Virus record (IMG/VR): IMGVR_UViG_3300034069_002177
Span: 64,001-128,000 of that record
Length of the DNA stretch: 64,000 nucleotides
Strand: one strand, 5' to 3'
Source: a virus
Lineage: Duplodnaviria > Caudoviricetes
Below the pieces are notes generated by a model. The model worked only from the letters and a program-made list of their open reading frames with translations, ran no database searches and was not told where the DNA came from. Each line of letters begins with the position of its first letter. Positions within the stretch are counted from its first letter, which is position 1. Positions 35,861-45,832 of this stretch are shown here, in pieces. The position numbers were made by a program, and so were the translations under genes.

Positions 35861-36982
35861 TTATGCGGCGAGCTTCGGACGACCGACGCTACCACGACGC
35901 CAGTTCGGGAGTGCCTTGTCGAGCTTTGCCACCTTGTCAGACGACAGCTTGCCGTCCTTCAGGTACTTGCGGTTGCGAGTGATCCAGAATCCCATACGAC
36001 GAACGTCAGGGTCTTCCGAGGTCGTGGCGGGGAATGAACCGTTCTGCTTGTAGTATTCGGCAGAAGACACCAGAGTGTCTTCCCACGAAGAAACGTTCGT
36101 CGGAGCCTTGATGTCCGCCCAGTTGGGGAGCGTCGAGGTGAATTCCTCCGTACGGCTTTCGAGTTCGCCTGCCGCAGCCTTGCGCTTCTGCTCGAAGAAC
36201 CAGCGGGCGAGACGACGCTCGTCATCCTTTTCGGAGTTGACGGACGGAGCGTACTCGTTCTTCTCGAAGAATGCCTTGACGGCGGCGAGGTTGCGGCTCC
36301 ACTTGCCGTCGTTACGAGACAGGTCGTTCCATGCAGGAACAGCCTTGTTGAGGCTGGCGGCACGTTCCTCGGTCATCTGACCCTTTCGGAACATACGACG
36401 CTGGTTGTTGAGCCAAGCAGCGAGGCGACGCTCTTCGTCGGACTCACACTCGAAGACCGGCTTGAAGCCGTTGTTATCGAGGAACTTGACGAGAAGTGCG
36501 AGGTTCTCGTCCCATGTCGGGTAGTGCGAGGCACGCGTCTGCTTCTCACGCTGCCACTCGTTCCAGCCCGGAATCTTTTCGTCGAGGATGGCAATGGAAT
36601 CGAGAGAGGCTTCGCCGCGACGAGCCTGCGCCTTCTGGTTCGACATCCAGATGGCGAGTTTTCGCTCATCGTCATCATCAGACGATGAGACCGGAGTGCG
36701 GTCGCTCTTGGCGACGAATTCGAGATAGGCGGCGAGGTTGGTTCCGAAGCGGTCCGTCCGGCTACTCGTCTCGCGCCAGTGGGGAAGCTTTGCGTCGAGA
36801 AGGGCTGCACGGTCATCACGCATGTTGCCGGAGCGAAGTCGAACTCGCTGCATCGTGAACCACGACGCCAGGGTTGCTTCCTCGGGAATGGTGGATGACG
36901 GGTTGCGCCCGTTCTTATTGTAGAAATCGCTAACCTCAGCAAGACGATCCTGCCAAAGGTTTTCGCGCTCTTCGTTGTTCAT
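35861..36982 (-). CDS. stand-alone helicase-associated (HA) repeat protein, five repeats
   Basis: Five ~70-aa units W..l..l..F....G..P.....E..LA.W...QR...R.G.L...R...L....P.W. Confidence 0.85.
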   Translation of the reverse strand: MNNEERENLWQDRLAEVSDFYNKNGRNPSSTIPEEATLASWFTMQRVRLRSGNMRDDRAALLDAKLPHWRETSSRTDRFGTNLAAYLEFVAKSDRTPVSSSDDDDERKLAIWMSNQKAQARRGEASLDSIAILDEKIPGWNEWQREKQTRASHYPTWDENLALLVKFLDNNGFKPVFECESDEERRLAAWLNNQRRMFRKGQMTEERAASLNKAVPAWNDLSRNDGKWSRNLAAVKAFFEKNEYAPSVNSEKDDERRLARWFFEQKRKAAAGELESRTEEFTSTLPNWADIKAPTNVSSWEDTLVSSAEYYKQNGSFPATTSEDPDVRRMGFWITRNRKYLKDGKLSSDKVAKLDKALPNWRRGSVGRPKLAA

Positions 36983-37145
36983 GTGGTTTCTCCTATTTTT
37001 GTGTAGCTTGCGACTGAGCCTACACTAAAAGTGTGAGATGCGCAAGTTATCAGAAAGGTGGCGTTTATGACAAGTTTCTGACGTAGGAGCTACGATACAA
37101 GAAGAATCGCGGTTTTGTCAAGTCCCCTATTTCTGGGGACACAAA

Positions 37146-37580
37146 TTAACGAGTTCTGTGGTTGCCCGAGTGACCGCTTTTGAGGATGCAAGGGGCACCA
37201 ACACTGTCTACCATAGTGTTGCAGACAGACTTCTCAGTCGCAACGCCCCTGGTAGAGAAGGTAGGAAGCACAGTCTTGATATCAGGCTGCAAGAACTCAG
37301 GGGTTTCCATTGCCGCTTCAAGGCTATCGAAACTTTCTGAGTTGAATTCCCCCGAAGAATTCAAGCGACCCGACTGGTACTTGGCATTGAATTCGGAGGG
37401 GTGACGCGTTACAACGACATTGTACTGCATATCAGGAGAGTAGCTGAGACCAACTACCCGGTCGTCAACAACATCAGCCGTCTCGTAGAGGTACCGCTGT
37501 AACGCGGACCTTCTATTAGCAGGACAAGTGGTGCGGAGGTAGAATTCGGTATCGACATCGGTAAGAGTTGCGGTGGACAT
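37146..37580 (-). CDS. hypothetical protein with C-terminal Cys2His2-type motif
   Basis: Ends CNTMVDSVGAPCILKSGHSGNHRTR. Confidence 0.75.
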   Translation of the reverse strand: MSTATLTDVDTEFYLRTTCPANRRSALQRYLYETADVVDDRVVGLSYSPDMQYNVVVTRHPSEFNAKYQSGRLNSSGEFNSESFDSLEAAMETPEFLQPDIKTVLPTFSTRGVATEKSVCNTMVDSVGAPCILKSGHSGNHRTR

Positions 37581-37697
37581 GTTTGCATTCCTTCCCTATT
37601 GGGGTATGGACAACTACCGTATTAGGATAACACTCTTAAAGGCTGAAATTGCGCAATCCGCTATTTGCTGGTAGGGTTGAGATGAATCGAGGTTGAG

Positions 37698-38468
37698 ATG
37701 ACAACGCATTATGACACCCTAGGCGTTAGCCGTATGGCTACCAGCGCCGAGATTCGTAGCGCCTACCGTCACGAAATGCGTCTTCACCACCCCGACATGT
37801 CCAACAGCAATGGTGACCGCGCTGCTCAGATTACTCTTGCCTATGCTGTTCTTTCGGATGCAGCTAAGAAACGTTCTTACGATTACGATTTAGAGCGAAC
37901 ATCCCCCTACGCGCCCACCGTGTCAAATGCCAAGGCACCAGCTAGCCACCAGTACACAAGCGCCTCTACTAGCACAGCTAGTGCACCAAAGCGCACCGAT
38001 CCCGTCACTAATGTCGCGCCGCCGATGGAGTTTCATGATGCTACTCCGCCCAGTAAGCGCAAAAACAACAAGCGGGCTTCATTCTTTACTCGTGCATGGT
38101 CAACTATCGGCGGCAAGATAGCGTTGTCACTGACAATAGCTGGATTTATCACTTGGGTTGCATCTGCAAGTATCAGCCTCAGTTCACTTGCAGGCACTCC
38201 TGTCGGGTTATCTGGTCTCGTCTCCGGCATTCTCATTCTGACCGTACTGGTTTTCATCATCAACCCAGTACGACACCCGTGGCTATCAATAGTGATTTTC
38301 GCTCTTGCGTTGGCTATCCCAATCGATCACATTAACAAAAGTGATGTCCTGCCCAACTTCCTTGAAGGACTCAGTGACAAGACGACAATCGCAATTACCA
38401 TCACATATCTCGCAGCCCTGGGGACCAGGCTGTTCTTCGGACAGACTCGCCAAATCGCCAAGCGATAG
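37698..38468 (+). CDS. DnaJ (J-domain) membrane protein
   Basis: HYDTLGV...IRSAYR....HHPD...AYAVLSD..KKRSYD; C-terminal TM helices. Confidence 0.9.
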   Translation: MTTHYDTLGVSRMATSAEIRSAYRHEMRLHHPDMSNSNGDRAAQITLAYAVLSDAAKKRSYDYDLERTSPYAPTVSNAKAPASHQYTSASTSTASAPKRTDPVTNVAPPMEFHDATPPSKRKNNKRASFFTRAWSTIGGKIALSLTIAGFITWVASASISLSSLAGTPVGLSGLVSGILILTVLVFIINPVRHPWLSIVIFALALAIPIDHINKSDVLPNFLEGLSDKTTIAITITYLAALGTRLFFGQTRQIAKR

Positions 38469-38511
38469 AAGTTACTTGCCCTAGAATGGTCTTCCACAGG
38501 AAGGCTATGGC

Positions 38512-39060
38512 TTGTCAAAATCAAGGCACATAACCATCAACAACGTCTCCTTTGTAGTTGGTAGGACCATCGTCATTGCCTTCTTAGTGGGCGCATTTAC
38601 GTTATTCGCAGCTACATTTTTCGTACCCCGTTTCATTTTTCACGCCCAGAACTATGTTGTCGTATCCGGGTCAATGGTTCCTGAAATCAATATCGGTGAT
38701 ATCGTGATATCGGATACACATTACGATCCAGCGACCATCAAAGATGGCGACGTGGTGACCTATCTGACGAACGACCCCGATAACCCTTATGCTAATTCCA
38801 CTATTGTCCATCGAGTGATTAGCGCCCAGCATAACCAAGACGGAACGAAATACAAGTTCGTCACCAAGGGTGATGCAAACCTATCCTCAGATATACCGAT
38901 TACAGAACTCGATATCACAGGGAAAGTGCTGTACAAAGTTCCGTACATTGGACTCGTGACAAATTCAGCCTACTCCGGTGACATCCTGCTATTCATCGGG
39001 CTACTAATGGTAATGTTCGGGATAAGGCACGCTGAGCAAAGGAAAAGGCGCAAGAAATGA
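38512..39060 (+). CDS. signal peptidase I, SipW/S26B type
   Basis: VVVSGSMVPEINIGD, IVHRVI (Ser/His), TKGDAN, flanking TMs. Confidence 0.9.
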   Translation: MSKSRHITINNVSFVVGRTIVIAFLVGAFTLFAATFFVPRFIFHAQNYVVVSGSMVPEINIGDIVISDTHYDPATIKDGDVVTYLTNDPDNPYANSTIVHRVISAQHNQDGTKYKFVTKGDANLSSDIPITELDITGKVLYKVPYIGLVTNSAYSGDILLFIGLLMVMFGIRHAEQRKRRKK

Positions 39061-39158
39061 GAATGAGCAACAGGAAAAGACGAATCTTGGTAGGTGTCGT
39101 CGCAGCTATTGCAGGTGCCACGATGCTCGCCGGTACTTTGTCAACTTTTGTCCAATAG
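39057..39158 (+). CDS. 33-aa signal-peptide-like ORF
   Basis: ATGA overlap with peptidase stop; MRMSNRKRRILVGVVAAIAGATMLAGTLSTFVQ. Confidence 0.5.
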   Translation: MRMSNRKRRILVGVVAAIAGATMLAGTLSTFVQ

Positions 39159-39210
39159 CGAATCTTTCGCCACAATCGGCTGATAGGCTGCCATCAACAC
39201 AAGGAGAATC

Positions 39211-39720
39211 ATGACCAACGATTGGTATGCACTAGACACTATCTCGGAGACCGGATTTTATGCCGTCGTCGTCACTGCGCCTGAGGCTCTCGTACCCATC
39301 GCTTCCGGTTATGCCAAGACTATCTCGGCGGGGCTGCATAGTAGGTTCTCCGACCGTATTTACCTTGGAGTGAGGCTGGCTCAGGAAGGTAGCGGAGCGG
39401 AGGGCGAGATTACCCCTGCCGAAGCTGATATCGTGACCAACTGGGTTGAAGGTGTCAAGCGACCACGTAGGTCTGGTAACAAGCCTCCCAAAAGCGCCAT
39501 CATCTACGTTGAACGTTTCGACAGACTCCCGGAAGAACTGGTAACTCTACTTACTCAGGAAAGTGGTGGCGATTTGAATGTTATCCTTGTAGGAGCAGTA
39601 GACGTATCCACCCCTCCTAGCCCTGATTCACTTGCTCCTTTTGACGCGGTGCGCATCATCAATATTCCTTCCGAAGATGGCGACATCATTTCCACTGCTG
39701 AGGTTCAGCGAAAGGCTTAA
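39211..39720 (+). CDS. hypothetical protein
   Basis: RBS AAGGAGA; 169 aa. Confidence 0.75.
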   Translation: MTNDWYALDTISETGFYAVVVTAPEALVPIASGYAKTISAGLHSRFSDRIYLGVRLAQEGSGAEGEITPAEADIVTNWVEGVKRPRRSGNKPPKSAIIYVERFDRLPEELVTLLTQESGGDLNVILVGAVDVSTPPSPDSLAPFDAVRIINIPSEDGDIISTAEVQRKA

Positions 39721-39757
39721 TCGCTACATCTAGCAAGAACTAAAGAAGGGCAAGGCG

Positions 39758-40027
39758 TTGAATACAGTCACTGACAGTGCCGCCGATGCCACCGTTTGGT
39801 CGGAGTCGGCAGGAATGATGGTGGACTTAGGTGGTCTACTCATCATTATGCTAGGTATCTATCTGCTAGCCAAGGGCGCGTTTCTCTTTTCCGCCGAGAA
39901 ACGTCATGACAAGAATTTCATTGAAGAATACGGGTCTAAGAAGCGAACACCGTTCTTCTTTTTGACGTTTGGCGTAGCGCTTATCGTGTCAGGAATCATC
40001 GTCGTTTTCGTTCCTTTTACAAGCTAA
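39758..40027 (+). CDS. small membrane protein
   Basis: Two hydrophobic segments. Confidence 0.65.
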   Translation: MNTVTDSAADATVWSESAGMMVDLGGLLIIMLGIYLLAKGAFLFSAEKRHDKNFIEEYGSKKRTPFFFLTFGVALIVSGIIVVFVPFTS

Positions 40028-40177
40028 CCAGCTAACTACCAAACTAGCAGATTGTGACTTTTTAGCAATACATCGCAAACCGTTTACGGTGTCATTTGGT
40101 TGTGACAAGATAGACCTCACAACAAAGCCGAGGGGTAATACCGCTCTCGGCTCCCACGAAAGTTCTAAGGAGAGTTT

Positions 40178-40447
40178 ATGAGTTTGGTACTAGATAAGAT
40201 TGCAGAAGTTAAGGTGATTACTCGTCCGAGTTGCCAGCCTTGTAAAGCGACTATTCGTAAGTTCGGCTCATATGATCTCACCATCATCGACAGCGCAATC
40301 GAACGTGAAGAAGCCCTCGCTCTCGCCGCCGAGGTTGGTTACTTGGCAGCACCTATCGTAGTCGTTTACGCCGAGGATGGAACGATCATTGATCACTGGA
40401 CAGGATTCAACCCTGACCGTATCAATGCCGTTGTCGGTGCTAACTAG
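40178..40447 (+). CDS. nrdH: NrdH-like glutaredoxin
   Basis: CQPC, GYLAAPIVVV, HWTGFNPDRI; RBS AAGGAGA. Confidence 0.9.
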   Translation: MSLVLDKIAEVKVITRPSCQPCKATIRKFGSYDLTIIDSAIEREEALALAAEVGYLAAPIVVVYAEDGTIIDHWTGFNPDRINAVVGAN

Positions 40448-40574
40448 GAGGTGATCCCTGTATCTCGGTTGCGGGTTTAGTAGTACCTGCGATAAACAGG
40501 GAAGCACAGCTAGACCCGCAACTGTCAGGGTTCACCTTCTAGTCCACGATTCACCACTCATATAGGAGTAATAA

Positions 40575-41054
40575 TTGCCAAGACGACCAATTGCACAACC
40601 ACATTCCGTATCGCGCCGCGAACATCTGAAAATGGAACAGATAGGACTGAAAAGGTCTTTCCAATCAGGCGGGCGAAATCTGACGGAGGTTGAGTATGTC
40701 GGCTTGCACACTTTCCGCAAAATGCTTGCCAACCGTAACAAGAACCTCGGTGTTGCTGGTAGGCAGGTTTTGCGTGAACAAGCGGAGAGAAGCCGCAGTT
40801 TTGGAATTACGGAATTCGATTGCGCTGCTTGGTATGTTCTTTTCGGCGGTAATGAAACTCGCTACGAGAACGTACTTAATTCCGATATCGCGTTGATTCC
40901 TTTCGTAAAGTACCAGTCTGCTGGCGTCATGGATGACGACATCATTATCGAGTCACTCATCATCGGTCGTTCTGTTGAAGATGCCATTGCTGAGTTCAAA
41001 AAGCAGCACAACATCGTTCAGGATGAAGATTTCCTTTACGCCGAAACTGCTTGA
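40575..41054 (+). CDS. hypothetical protein
   Basis: 159-aa ORF after RBS AGGAG; overlaps next gene. Confidence 0.7.
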   Translation: MPRRPIAQPHSVSRREHLKMEQIGLKRSFQSGGRNLTEVEYVGLHTFRKMLANRNKNLGVAGRQVLREQAERSRSFGITEFDCAAWYVLFGGNETRYENVLNSDIALIPFVKYQSAGVMDDDIIIESLIIGRSVEDAIAEFKKQHNIVQDEDFLYAETA

Positions 41055-41419
41055 TGTCTGCATCAGAGATGCCCTCCCAAAAAGTATCCACTTTATTGCT
41101 CACCAAGGCTCTAAGCTCGGCGTTCCTATTCGTTGGTGTGGGTGCATTCGTACTCGCCTCGATGGCTTCTGCGTTCGTCGCTTCTTCGCTTGGAATTGGC
41201 GCTATAGGAATATTCCTACGCACTTATACGGCAGTGGAAGTATCAGCGGTTCCGCTTTTGCTTATCGTCGCTCTACTTGCAGCAGCCTTGAACACGGGTA
41301 GAAAAGATTCGAAGGGCTTCAAGCAAAATTTTGGGACAATGACCGAATCCACCCTTAGTTCGTTGTTCTGCGCCCCTCTCGTAGCCGCACTTGTAATCTA
41401 TTTGGTACTTAGCCGCTGA
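41051..41419 (+). CDS. membrane protein
   Basis: Three hydrophobic segments. Confidence 0.7.
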   Translation: MMSASEMPSQKVSTLLLTKALSSAFLFVGVGAFVLASMASAFVASSLGIGAIGIFLRTYTAVEVSAVPLLLIVALLAAALNTGRKDSKGFKQNFGTMTESTLSSLFCAPLVAALVIYLVLSR

Positions 41420-41482
41420 TTTTCTTTTGCACAAAGTCGGACGGATGTGCTAATGTATCCCAAAGTACAGGAAGGTACGAAG

Positions 41483-41905
41483 ATGACTCTGCTAGTCAAT
41501 ACCAATGAACCGACCGGTCAGGCGGATGTTCTCCACCAAAGCCGTGAAAACGATGAAACATCAGTAATGGTGCGAGTCATGGTCCCCGTCAGGCGCGCAA
41601 GCCGCTTCTGGCAGATGCTTCGCGATGAGTCGCTAAGCCAGTTCGCCCCATTCGGAACCTATGAGTCAGAGGATTTCCCCTCGCACCGACTCATGGTTGT
41701 TGAATTCACCGGCAAGCCTCAGGCGGTGAACACCGACCTCGACATGTTCACGAAGTACCACTTCACACCTAAGGTCGTCAGTAATGACTCCGATGCCGTC
41801 GCAATTCCGTCCATCAGCTTCTCCAAAACAAACAAGCTCGACTTCTCGGACCCTGAGTTGGATTTCAACAAGAAAACCAAAGGCTCTTCGAGCGCATTTA
41901 GCTAA
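41483..41905 (+). CDS. hypothetical protein (paralog of 57921-58325)
   Basis: Shared motif RFWQM(L/I)RDE...GTY...(L)MVV. Confidence 0.8.
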   Translation: MTLLVNTNEPTGQADVLHQSRENDETSVMVRVMVPVRRASRFWQMLRDESLSQFAPFGTYESEDFPSHRLMVVEFTGKPQAVNTDLDMFTKYHFTPKVVSNDSDAVAIPSISFSKTNKLDFSDPELDFNKKTKGSSSAFS

Positions 41906-41910
41906 GTAGC

Positions 41911-41956
41911 AAGAAAACAGCCCTCGGTGTATCAGCGCCGAGGGCTGTTTTCTTTT
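41911..41956 (+). terminator. rho-independent terminator
   Basis: 17-bp stem AAGAAAACAGCCCTCGG/CCGAGGGCTGTTTTCTT plus TT. Confidence 0.75.
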
Positions 41957-42034
41957 AACCAGAAATTTCGCATTACGTTCTGAGCGTCGTGAGGTGTGGC
42001 TAGGATTGTCTATAAGCACCGAAAGGCAATCTTG

Positions 42035-42493
42035 ATGTCCGTTGTACAACCAGTTGAAATCATCGATAAGAATGGCAAACGAAACACTGTTCGCAAAAGA
42101 CTGGACTCGTCAACCTCCGGTAGCAAAAGAAATACCACTGTTACTAGCTCTACCAGGGAGGAAGAAAGCTTCGACCACCCCTTCTTCCCCGATGCGGAGG
42201 ACAAGAAAACCGTCAAGCTCATTCGCAAAGTTTTCAAAGGAGCATCTGAGTTTCGATTCGAGTTCGAAGTAGAACGCGGCTCGCTGTATGTCATGAATAG
42301 GTCGGTTGTTTTAGAAAGCGGCGACGTGCATTCGGATGATGACAATGACGAAAGCAATCTTTCGCGACTTGATGAGGTTTCGGATCGCTTAGCGGAAATG
42401 TACTACTCATTGGGTGCATTCGGTTCACAACGTCGCGTACGGGTTGTGAACCAAGAAAGCGAGAGCAGATACATCGCCATCAGACTTGACTGA
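42035..42493 (+). CDS. hypothetical protein, DKNG-motif family
   Basis: EIIDKNGKRNTVRKR. Confidence 0.8.
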   Translation: MSVVQPVEIIDKNGKRNTVRKRLDSSTSGSKRNTTVTSSTREEESFDHPFFPDAEDKKTVKLIRKVFKGASEFRFEFEVERGSLYVMNRSVVLESGDVHSDDDNDESNLSRLDEVSDRLAEMYYSLGAFGSQRRVRVVNQESESRYIAIRLD

Positions 42494-42500
42494 TGGCATA

Positions 42501-42540
42501 GAGAAAGGGCGACGGAAAATGTATCCGTCGCCCTTTCCTT
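42501..42540. terminator. bidirectional terminator between convergent genes
   Basis: GAAAGGGCGACGGA...TCCGTCGCCCTTTC. Confidence 0.7.
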
Positions 42541-42545
42541 GCCGC

Positions 42546-43262
42546 TTAGAGGAACACGTCCGAGTCTGGCTTCTCCGGGTCGATGGTTCCCACCTCAGGT
42601 ACGTGAGGCTTGATAGCTCCGCGCCAGGTGTCACCAATCTGCGCCAAGTAAATCTTGGCAGCGTGGTCACCACGGTAAAGGCGCAGGAACTGCTTGCGTC
42701 GCTTAGCGACTGCGAGAACCTGCCCAAGGGCAGGAGTCCATACCGTAAGCGCTCCATCTTCCGCCTCGACACTGTTCTTGTCCTTGGGCGTATTACGTGA
42801 CGTTTCTCCGGTGACCCACTTCTTCAGTCCTTCGAGAGGAAAGTCATTTTCTTCGACCGGGAACAGGAACTCGGTTGGCTCATCAGCGGTCTCTTCGACA
42901 ATGGTGACAAATCCGTCCTTGACGACAATGGTGATGTGGTGCGGGTCGTCAGCCTTTTCCTTGTCGTGCTTTTTCGCAAGTGGGGTGAAGACGTACTTGA
43001 TGTTTTTGACGTTCACGGTGGACCAGAAGCCCGCCTCGACCTCACCGATACCAGGAACCCATGTATTGCCTACTACCTCGCCGTTGGCAGAGATACCGAC
43101 AAGCAGGTCTACATCGCCTGGTTCTTCATTCCACGGTCCGCGAGACGAACTGACATGAATACCGTTGAAGGTGGTGTCATCGGGCAGCGAGCCTGCGGTG
43201 ATGAGAAGATCGTCAAGGAAGCCGAGGAACTTCCTCGTTTGGATGGTGAAGCGACTAGACAT
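42546..43262 (-). CDS. hypothetical protein (possibly sliding-clamp-like fold)
   Basis: RBS GAAAGG; alternating alpha/beta pattern only loosely reminiscent of beta-clamp-like phage proteins. Confidence 0.7.
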   Translation of the reverse strand: MSSRFTIQTRKFLGFLDDLLITAGSLPDDTTFNGIHVSSSRGPWNEEPGDVDLLVGISANGEVVGNTWVPGIGEVEAGFWSTVNVKNIKYVFTPLAKKHDKEKADDPHHITIVVKDGFVTIVEETADEPTEFLFPVEENDFPLEGLKKWVTGETSRNTPKDKNSVEAEDGALTVWTPALGQVLAVAKRRKQFLRLYRGDHAAKIYLAQIGDTWRGAIKPHVPEVGTIDPEKPDSDVFL

Positions 43263-43372
43263 AGGCAAACCTTTCATGTGTGATTTGTCGTCATGCTAGC
43301 ACGGGATTTCTACCTAAACGGAACATCGAGAATCTCCGAGTGCTATCGTTCCGAAACGAGAAGCAAGGGTGA

Positions 43373-44605
43373 ATGGTGATGACTGAGTTCTATCGAGATG
43401 ACAGGTCTATTGTCCTGCACGGCACTGCATTAGAAGCCTTAAAAGGTATGCCAGATAACTCCGTTGATGCCGTTGTTACAGACCCTCCATACGCCTTGAC
43501 TGATTTGGATAGCAAGAAAGTCGTTGCGGCACTGACTTCGTGGACAGTCGGAGATAGGTCGTACGTTCCTGATTCCGGTAAAGGTTTCCGAGGAATGGAC
43601 TGGGATAAGTTCGTACCTCCGCCCAGTCTTTGGGATGAATGCATTCGCGTTTTGAAGCCAGGGGGATACTTGCTTGCCTTCGCTGGTGCACGGACACAGG
43701 ATCTCATGGGTATATCCATCCGCATCTCGGGGTTTGACATCAAAGATGGTATCGGCTGGGTATCCAGTCAGGGATTCCCGAAATCATTGGATGTAGGGAA
43801 GGCGGTTGATAAACATGTAAGCTCTGTGAGCCCATCTGAGGCGTTAGATGTTGTTGGCTCATCAGAGGAAGCAGTAATAGCCTCAGAGCCGCAGGTAGCG
43901 TCCTGGGATGGTTACGGTACGGCTATGAAGCCTAGCTTCGAGCCAATTATTGTTGCTCAGAAACCAATTGGTGAACGTAGTATCGTTGCCAATGTTCTTC
44001 GACATGGAACTGGTGCCTTGAACATTAACGCCACCCGAGTCGGCGGTTCTACAAAAGAAGACGCAGTGAGTCATCTCGGTAGATGGACCCCTAATTTTGT
44101 TCTTTCGCATTCTGAAGAATGCTTCCAGTCAGGGGCAGCGCCCGATTTCTTCGTCCGCAATAAGACGGAACAGTGGACGGGTTTTGGTCAGAAAGAAAGA
44201 CCCGGTTACAGTAGTGAATCAATCAGCTTCTCGACACCGACATACCATTGTGTCGAAGGATGTCCTGTGAGACTCCTTGCCGAAGAATCAAATAGTCATG
44301 CAGCTAAGGTTCCTGGTGAGGGTGTTACGTCCAAATACTTCCCCGCCTTCCTTTATCACAAGAAAGCTTCGAAGCAAGAAAAGCCAGTGTCCGCCGATGG
44401 GAAAACACACGTATCTGTCAAGCCGCTCGAACTGATGCAATGGCTCGTTCGACTCGTCACGCCCCAGGGTGGGGTTGTTCTAGATCCCTTCCTGGGATCG
44501 GGAACAACAGTCGAGGCAGCACGTCGAGAAGGTATTCTTTCCATAGGTGTTGAAGGGCATCAGCCCTACCTCGAACTAATTTCACAAAGACTCCAAAGGT
44601 CTTGA
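43373..44605 (+). CDS. amino-DNA methyltransferase (N6A/N4C, beta class)
   Basis: VVTDPPY near N-terminus; HVSVKPLELMQWLVRL; DPFLGSGTT near C-terminus. Confidence 0.93.
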   Translation: MVMTEFYRDDRSIVLHGTALEALKGMPDNSVDAVVTDPPYALTDLDSKKVVAALTSWTVGDRSYVPDSGKGFRGMDWDKFVPPPSLWDECIRVLKPGGYLLAFAGARTQDLMGISIRISGFDIKDGIGWVSSQGFPKSLDVGKAVDKHVSSVSPSEALDVVGSSEEAVIASEPQVASWDGYGTAMKPSFEPIIVAQKPIGERSIVANVLRHGTGALNINATRVGGSTKEDAVSHLGRWTPNFVLSHSEECFQSGAAPDFFVRNKTEQWTGFGQKERPGYSSESISFSTPTYHCVEGCPVRLLAEESNSHAAKVPGEGVTSKYFPAFLYHKKASKQEKPVSADGKTHVSVKPLELMQWLVRLVTPQGGVVLDPFLGSGTTVEAARREGILSIGVEGHQPYLELISQRLQRS

Positions 44606-44672
44606 CAACAGCGTCCAAATAAGGTCTAATTCGTGGTACGTTACCTCGACAGATAGAAACTGAAAGAAGACA

Positions 44673-45029
44673 ATGGCTACTCCTGACAACATCATCGCCG
44701 CAATCGACTTGTTCGTGTGCTCACAGATTCCCGAGGCGTCAGAGGCGACCTTCTCGTATCAGCCAACTTTAGATCCTACAGGGGTTCCGTACAAGGTGCA
44801 GCTTCTCTTTGTCTACGACAACGCATCTGTCGATGCTGTAGCGACTCGTAACGAGCTTCACACGGGCGGTGTAGCCAAGATGGAGGATTACCTCAGCAGT
44901 AATCTTTCCGACGTGCTAAAAAGTCAATTCGTTGAAAATCTTCGTCTTGATGATGGCGCGGGAAAGTTCGGCGTAGCTCTACGCAACTCCCAAGACCGTA
45001 TCGAGCGCGAGCAGCCTTCTTACTACTGA
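44673..45029 (+). CDS. hypothetical protein
   Basis: 118-aa ORF followed by terminator. Confidence 0.75.
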   Translation: MATPDNIIAAIDLFVCSQIPEASEATFSYQPTLDPTGVPYKVQLLFVYDNASVDAVATRNELHTGGVAKMEDYLSSNLSDVLKSQFVENLRLDDGAGKFGVALRNSQDRIEREQPSYY

Positions 45030-45040
45030 GCAACACCAAT

Positions 45041-45078
45041 AAGAACGCCCCCGCTATTGATTTAGCGGGGGCGTTCTT
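45041..45078. terminator. bidirectional terminator
   Basis: AAGAACGCCCCCGCTA-TTGATT-TAGCGGGGGCGTTCTT. Confidence 0.8.
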
Positions 45079-45087
45079 CGTATCAAC

Positions 45088-45768
45088 TCATGTCATCTTT
45101 TGAAGCAGTTCTAACTTCGCAATGAGGTACTTTTCTCGTTCGATAGCTCCATCAGCAAACTGCGCATCTAGCGCAACGACCTGATCGGCAAGAATGTCAT
45201 TTGCCCTGATTTGATACTCGGGCTTGGGAAGGTTTTGAATGAGCAAGCTCATCTCATACTGATCTCGGGTGACGTTGTTCATCCTGCTGGTGATTCTTGT
45301 AACCGCCTCCACGAACGCTTTGCCTACAGGGCTCCACACTCCAGTGAATTTGACACTTGCTGTTGTGCCATAGATGTAGATCCTCATGCGTCCTTGAACG
45401 ATTCCGCCTAACCAGCGCATTTTCGATATGAGGCGGTAGTCGTAAATCAGTGTTGTTTTGTTGACCCAGCCGTGAAAGATGAACAAGATACGAGAGTTGG
45501 TGGCAACCAACAGACCTCGCTCATCTTTATGTGTAGTCGGTACCATTGCAAGCACGCGCTCATCAGGCATCAGATGGGTTTCGAGTTCACGAATTTCACG
45601 TTTGACGCGGAAAATTATTCCTGCCTGATCGGCAGCATCTTGAATGTCCGGGCGGTATTTAGCTCGTGAAATTTCCCTTTTTGCTTCGGATACGGGCACA
45701 ACGGTATAAGGTCCGTTGCTGCCTGACCAAATCAATACTTCTTGGTCTTTCTCGTTCTTGGTCCACAT
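45088..45768 (-). CDS. bacterial PH-domain protein
   Basis: LMPDERVL...GLLVATNSRILFI...IYDYRLISKM. Confidence 0.75.
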   Translation of the reverse strand: MWTKNEKDQEVLIWSGSNGPYTVVPVSEAKREISRAKYRPDIQDAADQAGIIFRVKREIRELETHLMPDERVLAMVPTTHKDERGLLVATNSRILFIFHGWVNKTTLIYDYRLISKMRWLGGIVQGRMRIYIYGTTASVKFTGVWSPVGKAFVEAVTRITSRMNNVTRDQYEMSLLIQNLPKPEYQIRANDILADQVVALDAQFADGAIEREKYLIAKLELLQKMT

Positions 45769-45832
45769 GCCGTCTATCTACCCCTGGTTCACGGTTAGCC
45801 TACACAACTCACCTGATGAAAAGCTGTGTATC

